A stretch of DNA of 64,000 bases from an uncultured virus (IMG/VR IMGVR_UViG_3300036860_000214). Taxonomy: Duplodnaviria > Heunggongvirae > Uroviricota > Caudoviricetes. Under the pieces are notes generated by a model. The model was not told where the DNA came from, did no database searches, and worked only from the letters and a program-made list of their open reading frames with translations. Location: the IMG/VR virus record IMGVR_UViG_3300036860_000214. One strand, 5' to 3'. Every line of letters begins with the position of its first letter. The stretch's first letter is position 1. A program made the position numbers and the translations under genes. Below are positions 19,572 through 29,300 of the stretch, in pieces.

Positions 19572-20021
19572 ATGGGCGCTCCCCCGACCGACCGCGAACG
19601 CCTCGCCCTGGCCTTCGATAACCTGCGCCGCCGTGGCTACCTTGCCCCGGTGGAGTTCGCCTGGACGGAGTGCTGCGCGTCCTGCGCGATGGCCCACCTC
19701 GACCACCTTGATCCTGACCACGCGGCCCGCGGGTTCGTGTTCTGGCACATCCAGAAGGATGACGCCGCCTTCATCGAGCCGGACGGCCAGCCCTACCCCG
19801 AGCGGTTCGCCGACCGCGACGAGGAGTGGCTGGAGGCCCACGCCGAGGAGGTGGATGCCGCGCTGCTGGATGAGCGGCTGAACCACTGGACGACGCTGCG
19901 GGCGCCGCTGTGGCTGCACTGGGGCGGCGACCGTTACACCATCGTCCGCACGCTGCGCCGGCACGGCTTGCATGCCAAACTGCCACCCGATCCGGATGTC
20001 TGCATCGAGGTCCACCCGTGA
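19572..20021 (+). CDS. DUF6891-like protein
   Basis: LALAFDNLRRRGYLA...CCASCA...GFVFWHIQ.D...LWLHWG...LRRHGL. Confidence 0.55.
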   Translation: MGAPPTDRERLALAFDNLRRRGYLAPVEFAWTECCASCAMAHLDHLDPDHAARGFVFWHIQKDDAAFIEPDGQPYPERFADRDEEWLEAHAEEVDAALLDERLNHWTTLRAPLWLHWGGDRYTIVRTLRRHGLHAKLPPDPDVCIEVHP

Positions 20022-20885
20022 CCGACCCGCCCGCCTCGCGTCCCGCGCCGGTTCCCGACCCGCCCCACGACCCGGCGGTGGCACTGAAGGCGCGACTGGA
20101 CGAGCTGGTGGCTGACGTGCAGCTTGCCCCATGGGCCTGCAACTGCGGCGAGATCCATGGCGAGGCCGCAACCGTCCGTGAGGTCCGTATCCCCGACCCC
20201 GACAGCATCCCCTACTGGTACATGTGGACGCTGGAGATGACAGGCGCCCACGGACAGCGGGCCAACTGGACGACCGGGCTGTCATCGGTGCTGGACTGGC
20301 GGATGGTAGAGGCCATGTTCGCCGAGTACTTCCCGGCGGGACGATGACCGACCCGCCCCGCGACCCCGCGGACGGCTGGGAGGCGCGCATGGCCGAACGT
20401 GCCACCGCCCGACGCGCTGAGCAGGAAGAGGCTGAACGGCAGCTCTTAGCCCGTCAGCGACCACCCGACCGGTCGACCTGGCCCGTCCCTGAGCACCTGA
20501 AGGGCTACAGCGCCCGAGACGTGTTCCTGTGGTACGTGATGGATGGCTGGCGCCGCATCCTCGGCGGCGAACCGAAGGTGCTGTTCGACCACGACTTCGG
20601 CTTCCATGTCATCAGCGACGGCATCTGGCAACTGAAGCTCGCGGACCTTGATGAGTTCCCTGACGAGCGATTCCCGGAGTTGGGGCCGTGACCGACCCGC
20701 CCAACGACCCCGACCCACTGGCCGAACTGACCCAGGAGGAACGGGAGTTCGTCATCTGGGCGCTCGGCTACGTCGAGGGTGCCGCGCTGGAGATGCACGA
20801 CGACCGGACCGGCTACCGGGCCAGCGTCATCGCCGAGAAGCTGAAGCACCCGCCGCAAAGCGAAACGAGCCGCCCCGCCCCGTAG
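20018..20885 (+). other. Three coupled hypothetical genes (20018-20347, 20344-20691, 20688-20885), each starting MTDPP
   Basis: RTGACCGACCCGCCC at 20018, 20344 and 20688. Confidence 0.75.
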
Positions 20886-20952
20886 GGCAGAACGGCTCGC
20901 AGTCCGCGATCTCGCACCGGCCGTACCGTAGCACGACCCGCCGACAGCCGGG

Positions 20953-21192
20953 CTACTCCCGCGGCAGGTCGTGGTCCTTGACCGGCCGGCGGGCGAACAG
21001 CGTCGGCGCCACCGTCTTCACCGGTGCGTTGTTGACCTTGTAGACCCCGGCGACGGTGCCGGCCGCCAGCAGCAGCCCGACCCACGGCCGGTACTGGGTC
21101 GGGATCGATTCCTGCGGGACCAGCAGGACCAGAGCGACGGCGAAGCCGAGCGCGGCGGTGATGGCCTTGCGGACCCTCCCGATTCGCCTCAT
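20953..21192 (-). CDS. Holin-like two-TM protein
   Basis: RKAITAALGFAVALVLL...WVGLLLAAGTVAGVYKVNN; at the end of the lysis region. Confidence 0.65.
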   Translation of the reverse strand: MRRIGRVRKAITAALGFAVALVLLVPQESIPTQYRPWVGLLLAAGTVAGVYKVNNAPVKTVAPTLFARRPVKDHDLPRE

Positions 21193-21561
21193 GGTCCGCC
21201 CCACCGGATGCGCGTGCCGTTCGCGTTCGAGGGGCCGGTGGTCTCCATGCCGGCCACCCACCGCATGATCTTCCACATGGTCAGTTCCCTCCCCTGGCGT
21301 GCTGCCGCTGCCGCATGCGCTGCTCGACCCGGGCCGCCAGCCGGTCCAGCGAGTCGTCGCTGAGCTGGTCGATCCAGGCGTCCGGCATGTCAGACCCGGT
21401 GGTGATCCTGATTGGGAACGATGTGGGCGGTGGCATCCCAGGACCGCTGGAGAACGGCGCCGCCAGCGGCTGGGTGAGCCGGACGCAGGTGTGCGCGGGG
21501 CCACTTGGGTCGAGCGAAACGACGTGGCCGCAGGTCTGGCAGATGTAGGTCCCGTGCATGG

Positions 21562-21933
21562 TCACTCTCCTCGGTCCACGAACCCCTTGTCGACCAGGTA
21601 CTTGTTGAGCTCGGCGCCGTTGGTGGCGGTCACGACCCCGACGTAGCGGATGAAGGTCCGGCGCTCATGGATCTCGGTGAGCACCCCGCTCCCGGCGGTC
21701 TGGAACGTCTCCAGCGCCACCAGGCTGGTCGGGGCGTGCTCGGCCAGCCACAGCACGGTGTCGTTGCGGGCCGCGATGCCGTCCGGCTCCCGCAGCTCGG
21801 GGGCGCGGACGCCGCGCAGCCGTACCCACACATAGGCGTGGGTGGAGAAGCCGAGATCGACGTCCAGGCGCAGGGTATCGGCATCATGCACCTCGACGAC
21901 CCTGGCGACCGGGTAGCGCCGCGACGTCGCCAT
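21562..21933 (-). CDS. Thermonuclease (SNase-like)
   Basis: ARVVEVHDADTLRLDVDLGF...VRLRGVRAPE...FIRYVG...LNKYLVDKG. Confidence 0.85.
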   Translation of the reverse strand: MATSRRYPVARVVEVHDADTLRLDVDLGFSTHAYVWVRLRGVRAPELREPDGIAARNDTVLWLAEHAPTSLVALETFQTAGSGVLTEIHERRTFIRYVGVVTATNGAELNKYLVDKGFVDRGE

Positions 21934-22096
21934 CAGCCCGCCTTTAGGTACTTGTCGTGGTGGGCCGTGTTGTGACTGGTGTGGGCCTGGCAGCGCACAC
22001 ACCAGGTCGTGGCGCCCGTGAGGTTGCCGAGCGCCAGGGTCCAGCCCACCGGGGTGGTCATGGTCGCCTCGTACCAGTTGCCGCTCATGCTGGCGC

Positions 22097-22993
22097 TCAT
22101 GCCGGCGGCGCCGGGGGCAGCTCCACCACCGCGTCGTAGATCTCCCCGACCGCGTCGAACAGCCACGCCTGGGAGGGTCGGATCTGCGGACCGGTGGCGT
22201 CGGGGTGGAGGCCGCCGAAGCCGGCGCGCGCCACATCGGTGACGGCGCGGCGCAGCGCGGCCTGGCCGCGGTCGGATTCCAGGGCGTCCAGCAGCTCATC
22301 TTGGGTCACGTCGTCCTCCTTGGGTAGCAGGATGGGCCGCCAGTCCAGCGCCCCCGGATCGCCGTGGTCGTTCTCGGCGGCGTGCATGTGGCCCAGCCAG
22401 CCGGTGTAGCGCTCCCACGCGGCCGGGCCCAGGCGCACAGGGCTGTCGCCGAATGACTCCGGGTAGGTCAGGAACTGCACGGTGCAGACCCGGGGCACAC
22501 CCCATTCGGCCTCCAGCCACTGCGCGAGGTCGGCTAGGCCGTCTTCTATCGGCGGCTTCAGGCCGTGCATGTCGATGAGGTCAGCGCGGTCAACGATCTC
22601 GACCTGGCAGCGGGTGATCCGATTGGTCTGGACGCCCCCGCTTTCGTTGCGCAGCGCCCGGGCGGCGCGGGTGAATGGGATGTGTTGACGGGCGACGAAC
22701 CGGCCACCCTCCACGTGCACCGTCAGGTGGGGAAAGCTCCCAGTCGCATACCCGGGCCAGCCGTCGGTCTCGGTCGAATGCCAGAGTCCCTTGCCGGGGC
22801 CGTCGAGCATCGACCCGCCGTCGGTATTGGCGCGCTGGATGCGCTCGTCGGCGCGCGGCCAGTATGGCGGGCCCTCCCCTACCAGGGCGAAGTCGGCGGA
22901 CGGGGCGGCGAAGATCGGGCCATTGTCGGACCAGCCGATGAAACCGGGCTCAGTGCGAACGGCCTGGAAGTCGGTCGGGGTGAAGTCGGGCAC
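22097..22993 (-). CDS. Endolysin, N-acetylmuramoyl-L-alanine amidase type (start uncertain)
   Basis: KGLWHSTET...PHLT...QHIPFTRAARAL...QVEIV...WLGHMHAAENDHGDPG. Confidence 0.85.
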   Translation of the reverse strand: MPDFTPTDFQAVRTEPGFIGWSDNGPIFAAPSADFALVGEGPPYWPRADERIQRANTDGGSMLDGPGKGLWHSTETDGWPGYATGSFPHLTVHVEGGRFVARQHIPFTRAARALRNESGGVQTNRITRCQVEIVDRADLIDMHGLKPPIEDGLADLAQWLEAEWGVPRVCTVQFLTYPESFGDSPVRLGPAAWERYTGWLGHMHAAENDHGDPGALDWRPILLPKEDDVTQDELLDALESDRGQAALRRAVTDVARAGFGGLHPDATGPQIRPSQAWLFDAVGEIYDAVVELPPAPPA

Positions 22994-23459
22994 GGCGCTC
23001 CCGCTCTCGTTCACGATGGCATCTGCGACAGTGGCGTCGGCCCAGCTTGGTTCGATGGGTGTTCGCCGCGTCGTAGGGGTGGCCCTTGGGGCAGTAGGTT
23101 TTGCGTGCATGTCGGGCGCTCATGCCGGTGCCGCGCAGGATGTTCTCCCGCTGGGTCACTAGCTCCAGATGCGCCGGCCCGTGCTCGTCGGCGATGGCCT
23201 TGACGCAGGACCGGACTCGACAGAGATGATCCGGCTCCAATCCTTCGGGGACCGGGCCGACGAGAAGCTGGATGGCGAAGCGGTGAGCCGGCACCGCGTT
23301 ACTTTCCCGGCCTCCGACTCGGAAGCTCCCATAGCCTGTGCCAGCCTTGGCGCCCGTCCACATCCAGCATGGCCCTAGTTCAGGGCGGTGCTTGGGGATG
23401 GGACCGCGCTTGTCGACCTTGACCCAAAACCGGACGGCGGGCGGGGTACGCTTTGCCAC
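22950..23459 (-). CDS. HNH endonuclease, paralog of 6398-7033
   Basis: RFWVKVDK...CWMWTG...AHRFA...PDHLCRVRSCV...HLELVTQRENILRG...YCPKGH. Confidence 0.9.
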   Translation of the reverse strand: MAKRTPPAVRFWVKVDKRGPIPKHRPELGPCWMWTGAKAGTGYGSFRVGGRESNAVPAHRFAIQLLVGPVPEGLEPDHLCRVRSCVKAIADEHGPAHLELVTQRENILRGTGMSARHARKTYCPKGHPYDAANTHRTKLGRRHCRRCHRERERERRARLHPDRLPGRSH

Positions 23460-23544
23460 GTCGGCACTCCTTCCGCGAGTGTCGTCCTGGCCCCGGGCGG
23501 TAGCACGCGCCGGGGCCGCTTCTGTGCCTATTCTAGCAGGTCAG
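23460..23544 (-). promoter_or_regulatory. HNH leader motif, copy 3
   Basis: TGACC-TGC-TAGAAT...GCGGCCCCGG...CCGGGGCC...CGACACTC-GCGGAAG-GAGTGCCG-AC-GTG. Confidence 0.75.
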
Positions 23545-23548
23545 GGGG

Positions 23549-23803
23549 CTAATCGGCATCAAAGATGTAGATGCCAGGTCCGCTGCCCTCGGCTGCGTCG
23601 ATCCAGACGATGCGGGTCCGGCCGTTGTGGCCGTGGATGATCTCGACCTTCTCCATGGAGTCGGCGAGCTGGTCGGTCTGGTGCTCGGTCATCCACCGGT
23701 AGGCGACCCGGCCGTCGGAGAACTGGACGCCCTCGACGACCGTGCCGGTGCCGCTGATGCCGGTCTCGTCCTCGTCGCGGACCAGGATGAATCGCCGGTG
23801 CAT
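23549..23803 (-). CDS. Conserved actinophage hypothetical protein
   Basis: RRFILVRDEDETGISGTGTVVEGVQFSDG...HGHNGRTRIVW. Confidence 0.75.
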   Translation of the reverse strand: MHRRFILVRDEDETGISGTGTVVEGVQFSDGRVAYRWMTEHQTDQLADSMEKVEIIHGHNGRTRIVWIDAAEGSGPGIYIFDAD

Positions 23804-24234
23804 CAGTTCTCCACGGCGGTGCCGTGCTGCGCAGAGCGATCCAGGGGGGTCTGGTTGCGCGGGGGTCTGGCGCCCCACTGGGCGCGGGTGACGAGGTTCA
23901 CGCGGTCGCCTCAACCAGCGCAGCCGGCATCTCCATCGGCTCGCCAGGGAACACGCAGCGGCGCTCCTCGGGCACCCATTCCGACCCGGGCATGGTGCAG
24001 TCGGGCCGCAGCGGATGCACCTGGAGGGCGTGCCAAGGTTCGAGGGCCTCGGCGGCGTGCCGGTCGCAGGCGACGGCGTTCTCGCAGGTGGCGTCCCAGA
24101 TGATGTGCCAGGCGCCGGGCTTGCCGCAGAGCTGCGACCACTCCCCTCCGATGGCGCGCTGGCAGGTTCGGGCGTCCCAGCCCTGCTGCGGGCCGAGGGG
24201 TGGCAGGTTCTCAGCGGCCGACATGACGCTCCTA

Positions 24235-24675
24235 TCAGTGTGGCAAACATGGCCGGAGGGTCGACCCCGGATGGCTCGTTGACGGCGGCGTGGTGCAGGG
24301 CCGGCTGGTCGTCGGCACCGTGACCGTGGTCGTCAGCTCGACCGTCGATGGCGGCGCGGTGGGTGCCGGGACTGGGAATGTCACTGTCGGCCCAGGCGGG
24401 CCGGGCGGGCCGGGAATCCCCTGGGCCCCGGGGGGCCCCGGTGGCCCAGGGGGAATGCCGCCCACCGTCGTCGTTGGCCCACCCGGCCGGGTCGTCCCCG
24501 TGGTCGCGCCGGTCGTGGCCGCCGAGCTCGGCGTCGCGGTGGGGGCCGTGAGCGTGGTCGGCACCCACCCGTCGGTCGACGGGCCCTGCGAGGCGACCAC
24601 CGCCGACACCCCCACCAGCAGCACCGCCGCCGGCAGCCAGAGGTAGGCGGGCGGGTCGCGGGGCCGGGCGCTCAT
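24235..24675 (-). CDS. Membrane-anchored Thr-rich collagen-like protein
   Basis: N-terminal TM; GPPGPPGAQGIPGPPGPPGP; Thr-rich flanks. Confidence 0.7.
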   Translation of the reverse strand: MSARPRDPPAYLWLPAAVLLVGVSAVVASQGPSTDGWVPTTLTAPTATPSSAATTGATTGTTRPGGPTTTVGGIPPGPPGPPGAQGIPGPPGPPGPTVTFPVPAPTAPPSTVELTTTVTVPTTSRPCTTPPSTSHPGSTLRPCLPH

Positions 24676-24823
24676 GGCGCTGCCAGTCCTTCACGAAGCA
24701 GGGGCGTGGCAACGTGCGCGACGTCATGGATGTTGCCTGCCACGATCAGATAGCCGCAGTGGGCGCATTCCAAGACGGCGTCCGTGGAGCCCACGTCGTA
24801 CCAGATGAGTGGCCCCGGGCATC

Positions 24824-25174
24824 TCATGGCGTGTCCGCCTCCTCGGGCGGGACCGGTATCCCAGCGGCCCGCAACGCCAACACCAGCGCGTCGACCCGGC
24901 GGCGCTCACGGGCCAGGTCGCGCTCGAGCAGCAGGATGTGCTCCAGCCGCTGCGCAAGCTGGCGGCGCTGTTCGGCCGCTCCCGCCTCATAGATCGATCG
25001 GGCAGTGTCGAAGGCGAGCTGGTCGGCGCGGCGGGCGTCCAGCCCTTGGGCGTACCGCTGGGTCGCCTGGGTCTCCTCGCGCGCCTGCTTGGCCTGGTTC
25101 CAGACCAGCACGCCCGGGAGGATGCCGATCAGTGCGACCAGGACCCCAGGCATCCACGACGCCACATCATCCAT
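24824..25174 (-). CDS. TM plus coiled-coil protein of the lysis cassette
   Basis: N-terminal TM followed by heptad-like helix. Confidence 0.6.
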   Translation of the reverse strand: MDDVASWMPGVLVALIGILPGVLVWNQAKQAREETQATQRYAQGLDARRADQLAFDTARSIYEAGAAEQRRQLAQRLEHILLLERDLARERRRVDALVLALRAAGIPVPPEEADTP

Positions 25175-25622
25175 CTCCCGATCTCGGCGCCTCCGGCTGC
25201 GGTGCCTCCGGCCATCCTGCGATCACGAGGACGAACCCGCCGAAGGTCGCCCAGATGAGGCCACCGATGATCGCCCTGGGCGCCTGCGGCCCGATCGCCA
25301 GGATCGTGAGTGTCGCCCACACCCACAGTAGGCTGATTTGGGCCGCGAACGCCCACCGATCATCCCGCATCCACGCCTGTACCAGGCACAGTAGGCCGAC
25401 CGCCAGCCATGCCGCCGCCCAGACCAGCGGGTCGACGTAGAGGATGACCCGGTAGGACGGCGCGGCGCGGAGCTGGGCCTGCTGGACCGGGTCGGCGAGG
25501 CTCTGCGCGAACGCCAGGTCGAGAGTTGCGAACCACCCTAACGCGGCGCCGCGGCGGCCCAGGCGGCGGGTCGCGGCCCGGGTCGCGCGGCCAGCGAAGG
25601 AGAGCGAGCGGCGCAGCGTCAT
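25167..25622 (-). CDS. Four-TM membrane protein of the lysis cassette
   Basis: RRLGRRGAAL...WAAAWLAVGLLCL; multiple TM segments. Confidence 0.7.
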   Translation of the reverse strand: MTLRRSLSFAGRATRAATRRLGRRGAALGWFATLDLAFAQSLADPVQQAQLRAAPSYRVILYVDPLVWAAAWLAVGLLCLVQAWMRDDRWAFAAQISLLWVWATLTILAIGPQAPRAIIGGLIWATFGGFVLVIAGWPEAPQPEAPRSGDG

Positions 25623-26122
25623 GCGGCGCCGCAATCCTCGACCAGGATCTGGCAGGGGTAGGTCGCATCGGCCTGGATGACGCAGGTACCGGTGCCATCG
25701 ACCCGCCCACCGGTGAGCTTGTAGGTGTGGGACGCCGCGGTCGGGTTGGGGATGTACACCCAGAAGTCAAAGCCGTCGGTGCCGGTGCCGCCGCTCTCGG
25801 AGCGGACGGTACGCTCCTGGAGCTGGGTGGAGCCTTCCTTGATGCGGAACACGAAGATGTCGGTCGCCACGGAGAACTGTAGGCCGCGGACCACCACCGA
25901 CACCCTCAGCAGCCGCGAGCTGTCAACCGGGGTGAATGCCGCCGCAGTGACGATGTCGGTCTCGGAGCTGGAGAAGGCGCTGGTGTTGGTGGTGCGCTGC
26001 CCGTACTTGACGGTGTCCTGCTTGTCCTTGAGGTAGGTGAGGTTGTTCTTGACCTGCGGGTCCCAGTAGCTGGAGGTGACGAGTTGGCCGAGTGTGGGCG
26101 TGGCCGGTGTCGTCCAGGTCAA
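25619..26122 (-). CDS. Minor tail protein
   Basis: TTG start, MTWTTP...QVKNNLTYLK, beta-rich; follows the tail-tip gene. Confidence 0.7.
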   Translation of the reverse strand: MTWTTPATPTLGQLVTSSYWDPQVKNNLTYLKDKQDTVKYGQRTTNTSAFSSSETDIVTAAAFTPVDSSRLLRVSVVVRGLQFSVATDIFVFRIKEGSTQLQERTVRSESGGTGTDGFDFWVYIPNPTAASHTYKLTGGRVDGTGTCVIQADATYPCQILVEDCGAA

Positions 26123-26138
26123 GGGTTAGACTCCTCAT

Positions 26139-26336
26139 ATGTCGGTCGAGACGGCGTTCCTGGAATGCTCTTGCGGGGCTGCGCTCATGTGGCCGGATGG
26201 AAGCAAGGTCGACCGCGTCCAGCTCGCCGACTTCCTCGCCTGGCATAGCGGCGATGGCCATGAATTGACCGTTGGCCTCGGCTACGAGTCCGACATGGAA
26301 GCCGGAGATCCCGCCCGGCTGTACCCCCCGCGCTAG
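26139..26336 (+). CDS. Antisense leaderless mini-gene 1 (Cys/His protein)
   Basis: TAGACT-6nt-ATG; stop shares CTAG at 26333-26336. Confidence 0.75.
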   Translation: MSVETAFLECSCGAALMWPDGSKVDRVQLADFLAWHSGDGHELTVGLGYESDMEAGDPARLYPPR

Positions 26337-29300
26337 AGGGCAACGCGGGTGGTCTGCCCGAACTCGCCATAGCCGGCGGTGCCGAACGCCCAGACCGCGA
26401 GCCCGTCGGCGGGTGAGCAGTTGAGCTCGATCGTCCACTCGCCGGTGCGGCGGTCCAGCCGCTCGGTCCAGCCTTCCACGAACACGTCCAGCGTCGAGGA
26501 TGGCGCCTGGGTGGGGAGGTTGGACAGCCGGACCATGCTGGACAGCTCCAGGGTGAGGATGGCGGCGACCTTGGCCGGGTCCTGGCGGGCCAGCCGCAGC
26601 AGCGACACGGTGAGGTTGGGCACCCGCGGGCGGGGGTCGCCGTAGGTCGAGGTGCGCCACTGCGCCAGCGCCGCAGCGGCGTCGTCGGTTTCGCTGACGA
26701 TCTCCGCAGAGTCGCGGGCCAGCCCGTACTCGTCGATGGAGGCTTGGTTGACGGAGCGGCCGCCGCCGCCGCCGGCGCGGGTGACGGTCATGTCGTTGAC
26801 CAGCCCGAAGTCGTCGCCGGGGAAGCCGAGGCCGACCTGGATGTGGCTGGCGGCGCCGTCCAGGGTGAGCGCGGGGGTCTGGTTGTAGCGCCGCGAGCGC
26901 CGCTGGAACGCGAGCTTGCCCTGGGCGTTGCAGAAAAGGACGCTCTGTTCGGTGCGCTCGACTTCCCGCATCGCCTCAAGGGGCTGCTTGGCCTGGGTGG
27001 CTTGGCCGCCGACGGTGGAGTCCCCGGTGTCCAGGGCGCGGTCGGCGGCGGGCAGGGCGATCCAGTCGGCGATGCGGCCGATGCGCTGGTCGGTGCGCTC
27101 CCCCTGAAGCCCATCGTGGCCGGCCTGGAACTGCTGGCCGATGCGGGTGGCCGATAACGCCGTGGCGTACCCGGCGATGTGGGACAGGGTGCCGGCGTAG
27201 GTGCCGGCGAAGCTGCCGTCGTGGGAGCCGCCCAGGTCCACGCGGGTCCAGACGGGCAGGGCCTGGTAGGTGAAGGTGGCGGTGTTGACCTGCGCGCCGT
27301 CGACGTACAGCCTCGCGGTCACCGTCGTCCCCGACCGTGACAGGGTGATGGCGGCGTGGTGGGTGCCGCCGTCGTTGTAGCTGTCCGGGGAGGTGTTGCC
27401 GGCGACCTGGTCGCCGCCGCCGGTGAAGCCCCACTGGACCCGCCCGTCCAGCCAGACCGCCAGGGTGAGGGCCTCCCCGGCGGAGGTGGTCAGCGAGCAG
27501 ATCGGCATGGCGTTGGGTGAGGGTGTCGCCGTGGTGGCGAACCATGCTGTTAGGGTCGTCGCCGTGCTCGACCAGGTGCCGGCGAGTGGCCCGAACAGGT
27601 AGATGCCGTTGGTCTGGCTGACCGGGGCGAACACCGCGGCCGAGAGGCCGTCGGTGCCGGGGCCGGTGCCTTGCCCGAAGGAGATGGTGCCGCCGGTGGA
27701 GTCGAAGGTGTGGCGGATCTGGGTGGCGCCCTGGGTGGTGGCGGCGACCGACGCCGCCGACGTCGACCCGTCCGGTTCCGCCAGGGGGTAGTAGGCCAGC
27801 GGGGTGTCGCGGAGGGTTTCTTCCTCGAGCATGGAGCGGAGCTCGCCGACGCCGGCGAGCCGCTTCAGCCGGTCGGTCGCGCTGATCAGCGCCTCGGCGT
27901 GGGCGGCGGAGCTGGTGATCCAGGCGGTCGGCCAGGCGTCGACATGGCCGTCGAACCGCACATAGCCGGTGCCGTTGAAGGTCTCCGACCAGCGCAGCCG
28001 CCGCCCGACCTTCACGTTGCTCCCGTAGGGTCCGCTGGTGCGGCCCATGGTGAAGCGGCCGTCGGCGTTGTTCAGCCGCAGCCGGATGGTGCCGGGCTGG
28101 ACCTCGCTGAACTCGTCGGGGCGGCCGTAGCCACGCTCGATCGGCCACCGCACGTACGGGGTGATGTCGGTCCAGGTCGGGGTCGGCGCCATCGGCTGGG
28201 TGTCGAAGGCGACCTCGATCCGCTGGGTGGGGAACCCGACCGCAGGCGCCCCCGACGCCGCCACCGACATGCTCTCAACGGCCGCGCCAGCATCGCTGAG
28301 GGTCTTCGGCACCGCGCCGGTCGCCACCGACAGCGTGTCGGCGCCGGTGCCGGTGTCGGTGAGGCTGGGGTTGGCAGCGACGTTGCTGGGCAGGATCGCC
28401 AGTTGCCCACAGATCCCGGTGCTTGTGACCGGCACCGTGGCCGTGTAGCTGCCGTGGCTGCCGGGCGCGACTGGGTTGGCGTTCAGCGAGGCGACCAGGC
28501 CGCCGGCGCCCGGGTTGGCGCCGGAGTTCACCGAGACGGTGGCCTCGGTCGAATGGGTGCCGGGCGGGGTACCGTAGTTCACACCGCCGTTGCCGGAGGC
28601 GTCGGCCCACCGGAACAGCCAGGCGGTGAGCAGGAACGCCTCGGGCGCGGTGGTGGTGACCGCCGCGGCGGCGTGGCTGGTCCCCGATGCCGTCGCGGTC
28701 AGTGACGCCTGCGCGTGCTCGGGGGTGGTGCCGTCGGCACCCCGGAGCAGCACCATCAGCCCCGAGGGGCGCACGCCCTGGCTGATGACCCAGGTCGGGT
28801 CAGGCTCGCCGGCCTGCAGGACCTTGGAGAACCGCCAGCCGACCTGGACGGTGGAGTTGGCGACCGGGCCCTCCTCCAGCACCCACCCGGCCGGCACGGT
28901 CGACATCGTCGGGTTGCTGTTGGTGGACAGCCACACCTCCGCGAGATCGCCCTGCTGCCAGCCCGTCGGCAGCACGAACGGGATCGACGAGGAGGTGACG
29001 GTGGCGCCGTCGCGGGCCAGCGCGACCCCGGCGACGAACACCGGCCCGGTCGACTGCCCCGCCTCGCTTGCGTCCTTGAGCGCCTGGAACGCGACCCCGT
29101 CCACCGACGGGGGGTCGTCGATGATGTTGGTGCGGGCGTCGAAATACCTGATCTCGGTGACGTTGCGGCTGGCGAGGTCGGGGAGGATGCCGCGGATCGC
29201 GTCGATGGTCTGCGCGCGGTGGCTGTTCGTCCCCCGGTTGACCCCACCGAGGTCCGCGCCCCATTCGGTGAACGCCTGCGGCTTGTCCAGGTAGGACCAG

